Part shown: positions 35,515-43,451 of the stretch, piece by piece
Position numbering within the stretch: position 1 is the first letter of the stretch
Layout of the letters: each line of letters begins with the position of its first letter
Origin: Acidobacteriota bacterium
GTDB taxonomy: Bacteria > Acidobacteriota > Terriglobia > UBA7540
Assembly: GCA_023474345.1 (NCBI GenBank)
Contig: JAMCXS010000024.1
Location: 4,427-68,426 of the forward strand
DNA: 64,000 bases
Direction of reading: 5' to 3'
Translations under genes and position numbers: made by a program
Notes under the pieces: generated by a model
Told to the model about the DNA's origin: nothing
What the model saw: the letters and a program-made list of their open reading frames with translations, nothing else
Database searches by the model: none

Positions 35515-36855
35515 TTAAGGAGGCGTTGTGTCGTTTCCGAGGACACCGCCCGGAGAGGATTCGAGGATCCTGGGGGCAGCCTCCAAGGCTTCGGTGATGG
35601 CGCTATCGATGCTGGAGTATCGCCAGGCGCCGAAGCGTCCGATCGACCACACCTGCCTCGATTCCAGAAAGTCGAGGAGTCGCCGAACGCGGCGGGCTCG
35701 TTCCAGGTCATGCACGGGATAGGCATACGGGAAATGGATCCGCACCACGCGCACAATATCCGACGGATGCGAGATCCAGCCCAGCCTTTCCAGGCACGAT
35801 GTCACGCGCCGTTCCAATTCTTCTTCCCGCTCCGGCTCCGGGTTCGAGATTTCCGCGGCAATCAGGCCGCCTCCCTCCGGAGCCAATTCGCCGCAAATGT
35901 TGGAGGGAAAAACCAGGCGGAAAAACGGATACTCGGCTTCTGGAAAGTAAACCCAATGGCAACGCCTGGCGAGCGGCCTCCGGAGGCAGTACGTCAGGTT
36001 CAGCAAGGAAGTCCAGCGCAGCTCTGCCGCCTCCCGGCGCAACTCTTCCGGCACGCCTGACGCCCTTTCGATCAAGGCCGGCAGAGGCAACGTAGAAATC
36101 AGCCTTTCGTAGCCGGTTTGACCGCCGTTCTGGAACCGGACCGTATGGCGCTCCAAGTCAATCTCGACGGCCTCGTGCTCAAATTGGACCTGCGCGACGC
36201 GGCGGCAAACCGCTTCTGAAAGTGCCTGGATACCTCCCTGCTTGGGATAGAAAAACCAGGGATTATAGCCCAATTGATGGTGGTTCCGATTAGAAACGAG
36301 ATTGCTGAGTACCTGCCCCAACTCCGCCCCCGGCACGAAGGGCCGAATCCAGTCCAAGCTCAACTGCTCTGGCTCGACTCCCCAAAGCTTTTGGTTGTAG
36401 GGTCGCATAAAATATTGAGCGATGCCCCTTCCGAAATACTGCTCCACCCACTCACCAAAATTTCCCGGCTCACGTTCACTGCCAATCTTCCGTTTGATCC
36501 ATGCCTTCAAGAACCCGCCCAAGCACGCCGCCTGTACCGGCTTTGGCAGAGCGTTCAGATGGGTCTGAAAGGGGTAAGGCACGTAGCGGCCTTGGAAGTA
36601 GGTCCATGCGCTACGCTCCTGGCGAATTAGCGCGTCATCGAGAATCCGCCGCACCAGATGTTCGGTCTCTTGCGAACGAAAGTGCAGCACATGCGAAACG
36701 ATGTCAAACCGAAACCCATCCACCTGCTGGGTTCGGCACAGTCCTCCCACCGTTGCGCCTTGCTCGTAGATGGCGTAAGTGCCCGGGCAAGCTTTCTCAA
36801 GGGCGTAAGCCGCACTCAGCCCGCTGATCCCTGCCCCTAAAATGATCGTTTGCAC
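35515..36855 (-). CDS. FAD-dependent oxidoreductase (amine-oxidase / UDP-galactopyranose-mutase-like fold)
   Basis: 446-aa ORF with dinucleotide fold MQTIILGAGISGLSAAYAL...GGLCRT. The C-terminal RFGAWRYSSIDSA resembles the mutase/oxidase family end. The substrate is unknown. Confidence 0.7.
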   Translation of the reverse strand: MQTIILGAGISGLSAAYALEKACPGTYAIYEQGATVGGLCRTQQVDGFRFDIVSHVLHFRSQETEHLVRRILDDALIRQERSAWTYFQGRYVPYPFQTHLNALPKPVQAACLGGFLKAWIKRKIGSEREPGNFGEWVEQYFGRGIAQYFMRPYNQKLWGVEPEQLSLDWIRPFVPGAELGQVLSNLVSNRNHHQLGYNPWFFYPKQGGIQALSEAVCRRVAQVQFEHEAVEIDLERHTVRFQNGGQTGYERLISTLPLPALIERASGVPEELRREAAELRWTSLLNLTYCLRRPLARRCHWVYFPEAEYPFFRLVFPSNICGELAPEGGGLIAAEISNPEPEREEELERRVTSCLERLGWISHPSDIVRVVRIHFPYAYPVHDLERARRVRRLLDFLESRQVWSIGRFGAWRYSSIDSAITEALEAAPRILESSPGGVLGNDTTPP

Positions 36856-37301
36856 CCGCTACTCCTCTGCCGTCCCGTATCGCGTTCGCGCGTGCCGAGT
36901 CCCTGCTCCAAAGAGTCCAACATAACTTCCAGTGGCCCCCAACCGTCGCAAGCTAGGGATATTACTCGGCCTTTCGTCAGCCGGATGTCCTTACGAGTAA
37001 GACCGCTGGTTCCCTTCCGCAAGGATAAACCGAAAACCCTGTATTATCCCTCGAATCTCGCGATCCGCAAAAGCATTCCGAGCTTTATCATGCCCTTAGC
37101 CTCGGCTCGCAGGCCGTCGGCCCGCAAGCAGTTTGACGGCGTTGCGGCTTGACCTCTCAAAACATCGAGCAATTCCTCAGCAGACTGCTAAGGGCGTAAA
37201 ACCAGGCAATCAATGTACACGATCTAGAATGGGCGGTGTCTGGAGCACGGCGATAGCATTATACTGACACTAAGCCAGGAGGCTCAGAATATAGTCAGTC
37301 C

Positions 37302-38507
37302 TTGAACAGTCGGCTTCAGGAAAGAGAGGGAATCTTGAAAATAACAGAAGTCCGTACTCGCGTCGTAGAGTGGAGGGGGAAAACGGTTCCTCCGCAGCCG
37401 CACTTCTGCACCAATCCTGTTGATCTGCTCGAGTTGCCGGTTGACTCCATGGGCTCGTTTCGCTTCCACGGCTGGCTCGTCGTTGAGGTGGCGACGGACA
37501 GCGGTGAGGTGGGGATCGGGAACGCGGCTCTCGCGCCCCGCGTCACAAAGTCGCTTATCGACTTGTACTTAAAGCCCATTTTGATTGGCGCCAATCCTTT
37601 TGACTGCGAATTCCTCTGGCAGCACATGTACCGCCGGACCATCGCCTTTGGAAGAAAGGGCGTGGGCATGGTGGCCATCAGCGCCGTGGACATTGCTTTG
37701 TGGGACCTTATCGGCAAGATCCTCAAACAGCCGGTCTTTCGCTTGCTGGGCGGGAAAACCAAGCAGAAGATTCCCGTCTATGCCAGCCGGCTCTACAGCC
37801 AGCCGCTCGACGATTTGGCCCGGGAAGCGCAGCAGTACAAAGACCAGGGATATCGCGCCATGAAGATCCGATTCGGCTGGGGACCGACGGACGGCGCCGC
37901 AGGCATGCAGCGCAATCTCGATCTGGTGCGGACGACTCGGGAGGTGATTGGAGACGAAATCGACTTGATGGCGGATGCCTATATGGGCTGGACGCTCGAC
38001 TACGCCCGGAGAATGATCCCCCTGCTTGGGAAATACAATTTGCGCTGGGTGGAGGAGCCGGTCATTCCCGATGACATCGCGGGCTATGCTGCGCTGAAGG
38101 CGCTCAACGTGGTTCCAATCGCTGGCGGCGAGCACGAGTTCACCCTTTACGGTTTCCGCCAACTTCTCGACGCGAAAGGTGTCGATTACATCCAATTTGA
38201 CACCGACCGCGTGGGCGGCATCACTCAGGCACGGAAAATTTCCGCGCTCGCGGAAGCCTTCGAGGTTCCTGTCATCCCACACGCCGGGCAGATGCACAAT
38301 TTCCATGTGGTGATGGCCAGCTATAATTGCCCCATGGCAGAGTTCTTCCCGCCCGTAGAAGTCGAAGTCGGCAATGAACTGTTTTGGTATATTTTCAAAG
38401 GGGAACCCATGCCCCAAAACGGCTTTATCGAGCTTGATGAAAATCTTCCGGGCCTGGGTTTGACAATAGACGAGGAAGCTCTGAAGAAGTTCGACATCAT
38501 TGAGTAG
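37302..38507 (+). CDS. enolase-superfamily acid-sugar dehydratase (L-rhamnonate/L-fuconate dehydratase-like)
   Basis: MR/MLE signatures: VDIALWDLIGK, metal ligands in LMADAYMGW / LRWVEEP / AGGEH, and the PHAG end. The likely true start is TTG 37335 (LKITEVRT), with AGAGGG 5 nt upstream. Confidence 0.85.
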   Translation: MNSRLQEREGILKITEVRTRVVEWRGKTVPPQPHFCTNPVDLLELPVDSMGSFRFHGWLVVEVATDSGEVGIGNAALAPRVTKSLIDLYLKPILIGANPFDCEFLWQHMYRRTIAFGRKGVGMVAISAVDIALWDLIGKILKQPVFRLLGGKTKQKIPVYASRLYSQPLDDLAREAQQYKDQGYRAMKIRFGWGPTDGAAGMQRNLDLVRTTREVIGDEIDLMADAYMGWTLDYARRMIPLLGKYNLRWVEEPVIPDDIAGYAALKALNVVPIAGGEHEFTLYGFRQLLDAKGVDYIQFDTDRVGGITQARKISALAEAFEVPVIPHAGQMHNFHVVMASYNCPMAEFFPPVEVEVGNELFWYIFKGEPMPQNGFIELDENLPGLGLTIDEEALKKFDIIE

Positions 38508-38590
38508 CGCCGGGCTTTATACGCGGTATACCTTTCTGGCCGGCATGGCGATGACGTGTGCAGATGCCACACTAAAGGATGGCGGCAGGG
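38505..38590. repeat. stop-codon-adjacent repeat family R4, copy a
   Basis: It begins with the TAG stop of the dehydratase: TAGCGCCGGGCTTTATA..., and ends with ...TGCCACACTAAAGGATGGCGGC, related to copy b. Confidence 0.6.
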
Positions 38591-38673
38591 GTAAGCATAT
38601 TTCCCAAGCGTAACCCCGGAGTTGTGTTAGATCACACAATCCGTAGATAATTTCAGATGAGGGCTAATTCAAA

Positions 38674-39426
38674 ATGGACGCACAACCATTCTTCAGTTTG
38701 GAGGACCAGGTAGCCGTCGTCACCGGCGGAGGCCAGGGAATCGGGGAGGGCATTGCGCGGCGATTTTCGGCTGCCGGAGCGCGCGTTGCCGTATTGGATT
38801 TGAAACAGGATTTGGCCCGTCCGGTGGCCGAGTCGATCGGCGGAGCAGCGATTGAGTGCGACGTCGCTTCTGCCACCTCCGTCGAGCGGGCTATCGCGGA
38901 GGTTCGCCGGCGCCTCGGACCAATCGACATCCTGGTCAATAATGCCGGCATTACCGGAAGGACTTTGCCTTTGTGGGAACTGGATGAAAGCGATCTTGAC
39001 CGCGTCTACGCGGTCAACTTGAAAGGCGTCTTCCTGATGTGCAAGGCGGTCATCGGCGAAATGCTCGAAAGGCGTTATGGCCGAATCGTAAGCATCGCCT
39101 CCGTGGCGGGAAAGGAAGGCAATCCTACTCTAATCCCGTATTCGAGCACCAAGGCCGCGGTGATTTGTTTTACCAAGGCGCTCGCCAAGGAAGTCGCCAC
39201 CAAGGGAGATATCACCATCAACAGCATTGCTCCGGCAGTCGTTCAGACCAAGATCCTCGATACCATAGCCAAAGAGACGGTGGCCTACATGATCAGCCGC
39301 ATTCCCATGGGCCGCACCGGCAAGATCGAGGAGGTCGCGAGCCTGGCACATTACCTGGCCTCCCGCGAGGCCTCTTTCACCACCGGACAATGTTATGACA
39401 TTTCGGGTGGCCGCTCGACCTATTGA
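38674..39426 (+). CDS. SDR family oxidoreductase
   Basis: 250-aa ORF with TGGGQGIGEG cofactor loop, NNAG, and the catalytic YSSTKAAV. Confidence 0.9.
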   Translation: MDAQPFFSLEDQVAVVTGGGQGIGEGIARRFSAAGARVAVLDLKQDLARPVAESIGGAAIECDVASATSVERAIAEVRRRLGPIDILVNNAGITGRTLPLWELDESDLDRVYAVNLKGVFLMCKAVIGEMLERRYGRIVSIASVAGKEGNPTLIPYSSTKAAVICFTKALAKEVATKGDITINSIAPAVVQTKILDTIAKETVAYMISRIPMGRTGKIEEVASLAHYLASREASFTTGQCYDISGGRSTY

Positions 39427-40285
39427 ACCGGGTTATCTTACTGGGCTTTATGCCCGTCATGCCACCTTAAAGGGTGGCGCTACACACTGGCGGATTGCCC
39501 TGTGTATTTTCCTCGCGATGGCTGGGGCTCGATCGCAGCCTCTGCAGGCTCAGGGCGCTGAAAGGCCGGGACAAACGGCCCATTCGGCGACCTCGCCGAG
39601 CCCCTCACGACAGGTTTCTTGGAAGCTTTTTGCCCCCAACATTCTCCATGACCAGAAAAAGATTTGGCTGTTCCCCAAGCGCTTGGCCCAGGGCAAACAT
39701 TGGCTTCCGACACTTGCCTTCACGGGCGCCACGGCGGGACTAATCGCGCTCGATCCCCACGACGATCCCTACTTCCGCCGCACCCAAACTTTTGATCAAT
39801 TCAATAACGTCCTGAGCAGCCGCAATGCCATCCTGGGGATGGCGCTCGTGCCTGCATCCTTTTACGCTCTGGGGCTGAGGCGGCACGATTCTTATCTGCA
39901 AAAGACGGTTCAGCTTTCGGCGGAGTCAGTCCTTGACTCGGAAATTTTGGATCTGGTAATCCGCGACGTCACTCGCCGCATCCCGCCGAAAGAGATTCCG
40001 CCGAACGGCGACTTCTCGGACTCATTCTTCATGCGGCACAAAGGGCCCTTCTACGTCGGCAACGGTGGATTTCCTTCCGGTCACACGATTGCTGCCTTTT
40101 CAATTGCCACAATCTTCGCGGAGCGCTACCGGCGGCATCGCTGGGTTCCTTGGGTTGCTTACGGTTTGGCCGCTCTGGTGGGGTTTTCGCGGATCACCCT
40201 TCAGGACCACTTCCCTTCTGACGTTTTTGCAGGCGCCGCGCTCGGTTACACCATCAGCCACTTTGTGGTGCTGCGCCCACAGTAG
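39395..40285 (+). CDS. PAP2 family phosphatase (membrane)
   Basis: PAP2 motifs PSGHTIAAFS and SRITLQDHFPSDV. The start is uncertain. Codons 12-31 of the track ORF are encoded by repeat R4 copy b and overlap the SDR gene by 32 nt. An alternative start is ATG 39518. Confidence 0.8.
   Translation: MTFRVAARPIEPGYLTGLYARHATLKGGATHWRIALCIFLAMAGARSQPLQAQGAERPGQTAHSATSPSPSRQVSWKLFAPNILHDQKKIWLFPKRLAQGKHWLPTLAFTGATAGLIALDPHDDPYFRRTQTFDQFNNVLSSRNAILGMALVPASFYALGLRRHDSYLQKTVQLSAESVLDSEILDLVIRDVTRRIPPKEIPPNGDFSDSFFMRHKGPFYVGNGGFPSGHTIAAFSIATIFAERYRRHRWVPWVAYGLAALVGFSRITLQDHFPSDVFAGAALGYTISHFVVLRPQ
39427..39487. repeat. stop-codon-adjacent repeat family R4, copy b
   Basis: It follows the TGA stop of the SDR: ACCGGGTTATCTTACTGGGCTTTATGCCCGTCATGCCACCTTAAAGGGTGGCGCTACACAC. 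The hairpin GCCACC/GGTGGC is perfect (39461-39478). Confidence 0.65.
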
Positions 40286-40316
40286 CGCCGGGTTTTATGC
40301 CCAGCAGGCCACGCAG
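40283..40316. repeat. stop-codon-adjacent repeat family R4, copy c
   Basis: It begins with the TAG stop of the PAP2 gene: TAGCGCCGGGTTTTATGCCCAGCAGGCCACGCAG. The first 17 nt match copy a at 15 positions. Confidence 0.6.
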
Positions 40317-40531
40317 TAATTGTAAAAACACTGTCCTCAGTAACCGATTAGGCGCTCGGCTAAGCTGTAGGCACAGTGTCCGCGCCACGCATTCTCGTCG
40401 GGGCGGTTTCCTCGCTCCCAGTGGCGGGCCGTGACCTGAGGACACGGCCCCTATAACTGAGGTGGTGCTACACGTGAACGTATTTTTCGCGACGCAATAG
40501 CGGATTTGCAAGCCAACCGCTCCCGGCGCGG

Positions 40532-41218
40532 TCAATTGCTGACGGGGCTGAAGAGTTCTTGGAGTTTTTCCAGGTTGACGGCTTCGAAGCTTGGGATCGC
40601 CAAATCGGCGAGCGGCCGGAGTTCCTCGATGGGGAAAGTGGACGCCACGGCCACGCACTTCATCCCGGCATTCTTGGCAGCTCCAACTCCCACATAAGAG
40701 TCTTCAAAAGCCACGGCTTGCGCGGGGTCCACTTCAAGGCGCTGGGCAGTCTTTAAGTAAATTTCCGGGTCCGGCTTGGGGTGGGTCACTTCGTCCCCCG
40801 TAACCACGGAGCGAAAATAGTCGTGGTAGCCGAGCGCGTCCACGACGAAGTCCACGTTCTTTTTCATCGCCGACGAAGCCACTGCCATCGGCACGCCGGC
40901 TGCGTGGCATTCCTGGATCAGGCGATCGAGCCCCGGCAAGGGTTTCGCGTGCGCCTTGAACACCTTCCGGAAAACTGCCTCGATCTCTTCGCTCAGGCGC
41001 TTGCTTTCCCCGCGCGTCAGGTCAGGCCCCAGAAAATGCCGGAAGAGCGTGTCGTTGCGCTTGCCAAGGATCAGCTTCGGCAGCTTTTCGCGGTCAAAGG
41101 GAATCTGACGTTCGTTCAGAAAATCAATCCACTTTTCAAGGTGATAAGGATTGCTGTCCACCAAAACGCCGTCCATGTCAAAAATCACGGCGGCGGGGAA
41201 TTCCAGTCTTGTTTGCAT
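40532..41218 (-). CDS. HAD-superfamily hydrolase (beta-phosphoglucomutase-like subfamily IA)
   Basis: 228-aa ORF with VIFDMDGVLVDS motif I, SSA motif II and EDSYVGVGAAKNAGM motif III/IV. Confidence 0.88.
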   Translation of the reverse strand: MQTRLEFPAAVIFDMDGVLVDSNPYHLEKWIDFLNERQIPFDREKLPKLILGKRNDTLFRHFLGPDLTRGESKRLSEEIEAVFRKVFKAHAKPLPGLDRLIQECHAAGVPMAVASSAMKKNVDFVVDALGYHDYFRSVVTGDEVTHPKPDPEIYLKTAQRLEVDPAQAVAFEDSYVGVGAAKNAGMKCVAVASTFPIEELRPLADLAIPSFEAVNLEKLQELFSPVSN

Positions 41219-41548
41219 GAGGCTCCGTTAATAAAGGCTCAACTCTTAATTATGAGCGATGAATGCAAAAACAGGAAGAAGGATGAGTTATGAACTGGTG
41301 GTTATATACGACACAACTTTTGAATTGGGGGTGTTAAAGGGATGAGGACCATAATGAGGAATACCAGCACGGCAATCGGCATACGCGAGGTGCCTACGCT
41401 TTGAGTGAGACGCTGGGTCTGCATTCCTCGCATGTATCTTCTTCGAATATGTCTGGCTAATTTCAGCGGTTACCCACTGAAAAGCAGGTAAAGCTGTGCA
41501 TTGGCGAGTTAGGATTCAGGCTCCCTGTGCACAATCCATAATTCGCCG

Positions 41549-43282
41549 TCATTTCGGCAGCGGGCGGAGCGCCGCCAGCAGTTTTTCAGGCGGCAGGGTA
41601 TTGAGGACATCTTTCTTTTCCAGCCAGCCGCGGCGCGCGGTGATAACGCCGTAGCGCATCAACTCGAAATGCGAGGGGTGGTGGGCGTCGGTGGAGATAA
41701 TGACCTTCATACCGCGTTCTTTAGCCAGTTTGACGTGCCGGTCGTTAAGGTCAAGCCGTTCAGGATTGCCGTTGAGCTCCAGGATCACACCGCGCTTTTT
41801 GGCGGCTTCGAAAACTTTCTCCACGTCAAACTGGAACGGATCGCGCTTCAGGATTTGGCGGCCCGTCGGGTGGCCCAGGATTCGCACGTAAGGATTTTCG
41901 AGGGCTTTCAGCAGCCTCGCAGTCATTTCTGCGGCGGGCATGTTCATGCGCGAATGAACGCTGACCAGAACGATGTCAAACTGCTTTAGCAACTCGTCCG
42001 GGTAATCGAGCCTTCCATCGCCCATAATATCCACCTCCGCGCCCGCCCAGATTTCGATGTCTTTCACTTTCTTCCGCGCGGCGTGGATACGCTTGATGTT
42101 TTCTTCGGCGCGCTTTTCGTCCAGGCCGTTGGCAATGGTCACGGCTTTCGAATGGTCGGTGATCAGGATGTACTGGTAGCCGAGTTGTTTGGCGGCTTCG
42201 GCCATCTCCTCCACGCCGGTTCTGCCGTCGGAAGCCGTGGTATGCATTTGCAAATCGCCCTTGATGTCTTTGAGTTCGACCAGCTTGGGCAACTCGCCTT
42301 TTTCAGCGGCTTCGATTTCACCCTGGTTTTCCCGCAGTTCCGGCGGAATCCACTCGAGCCCGAACTTTTTGTAGACTTCCTCTTCCGTGCGGCTGGCCAG
42401 AACTTTTTCGCCTTCAAACAAGCCGTACTCACTCAGTTTCCAGCCGTGTTTCTTGGCACGCTCGCGCAGCGCGATGTTATGCTCCTTCGAGCCGGTGAAA
42501 TACATCAGGGCCGCCCCGTAGGCCTCGCGTTCGAGCAGGCGCACGTCCACCTGCATCTCGTTCTTAAGCTTAACGCTGACTTTATCTTCGCCCTTGGCCA
42601 GAATCTCCCGGATATCGGGATGTTGGGCAAAATACTCCGCGATGCGCGCATGGTCGCTGCCCGTCACCAGCAGGTCGAGATCGCCCACGGTCTCCCGGCC
42701 CCGCCGCAACGATCCCGCCGGCGTCACCTGCTCCACTTCCTTCCGTTCTTTCAGGTAAGCCACCAGCATCTCGGCCGTCTCGTAAGCGGTATCCAGCCGG
42801 AAGCGTCCCGCGGCACGCCGGAAAGTCTCCAGCGCTTTCAGGATGTTTTCTTCTGACTTGGCACTCATGCCGGGCAACTCGCGCAGACGGCCGGCTTTCG
42901 CGACTTTTTCAAGGTCCTCGATGGAATCGACGCCCAGTTCCTTGTGAAAAAGCCGGATCTTTTGCGGCCCCACACCCTGCAACTGTAAGAGCTGCAGCAG
43001 CGGCCTCGGAACTTTTTTGAGCAGCTCCTGGTGATACTGGCACGTGCCGGTATCGAGGATCTCTTTGATTTTGGCGGCCAGGTCTTCACCCACTCCGGGA
43101 ATTTCCGTCAGCTTGCGTTGGGGATCACGCGCCAGGTCCTCAACGCGCTCGTGAAAGCCCTCGAGCGAGCGCGTGGCGCGGTCATAGGCGGCGGCCTTGA
43201 AGGTCCATTTGGGATCTTCCTGGGTAATTTTCACCAGGTTGGCGATTTCTTCAAAGACAGCGGCAATTTCGCGATTTTCCAT
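41549..43282 (-). CDS. polX: DNA polymerase X family protein with C-terminal PHP domain
   Basis: 577-aa ORF with N-terminal [14 protein letters not shown]...KAAAYDRA HhH region and [17 protein letters not shown] catalytic aspartates. PHP histidines are present ([27 protein letters not shown]). Confidence 0.92.
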   Translation of the reverse strand: MENREIAAVFEEIANLVKITQEDPKWTFKAAAYDRATRSLEGFHERVEDLARDPQRKLTEIPGVGEDLAAKIKEILDTGTCQYHQELLKKVPRPLLQLLQLQGVGPQKIRLFHKELGVDSIEDLEKVAKAGRLRELPGMSAKSEENILKALETFRRAAGRFRLDTAYETAEMLVAYLKERKEVEQVTPAGSLRRGRETVGDLDLLVTGSDHARIAEYFAQHPDIREILAKGEDKVSVKLKNEMQVDVRLLEREAYGAALMYFTGSKEHNIALRERAKKHGWKLSEYGLFEGEKVLASRTEEEVYKKFGLEWIPPELRENQGEIEAAEKGELPKLVELKDIKGDLQMHTTASDGRTGVEEMAEAAKQLGYQYILITDHSKAVTIANGLDEKRAEENIKRIHAARKKVKDIEIWAGAEVDIMGDGRLDYPDELLKQFDIVLVSVHSRMNMPAAEMTARLLKALENPYVRILGHPTGRQILKRDPFQFDVEKVFEAAKKRGVILELNGNPERLDLNDRHVKLAKERGMKVIISTDAHHPSHFELMRYGVITARRGWLEKKDVLNTLPPEKLLAALRPLPK

Positions 43283-43431
43283 GACGGCCTCTTTCGGGTA
43301 AATTCTCGCGGGAAACGCCCGGGAATTTCATGCTAGCTCCGTTAGCCGCCTCGTACCCTTTGGTTGGCGGCGCCTTAAGAATTCACCCGCGCAGAACTCT
43401 GTTTCCTATATTATGTCATGAGAGTCGTGTG

Positions 43432-43448
43432 CTGGCCGTTTCCTTGCT
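43432..43448 (+). promoter_or_regulatory. sigma-54-type -24/-12 promoter candidate
   Basis: CTGGCCGTTTCCTTGCT has GG (43434-43435) and GC (43446-43447) separated by exactly 10 nt. TGGC and TTGCT match the TGGCAC-N5-TTGCW consensus, with two mismatches in the -24 hexamer. Confidence 0.3.
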
Positions 43449-43451
43449 GGG

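Noticed and set aside
40254-40658. 134-aa minus-strand ORF between the PAP2 and HAD genes
   Set aside because: It overlaps the 3-prime ends of both convergent genes, has an Arg/Pro-rich translation, no RBS and no motif.
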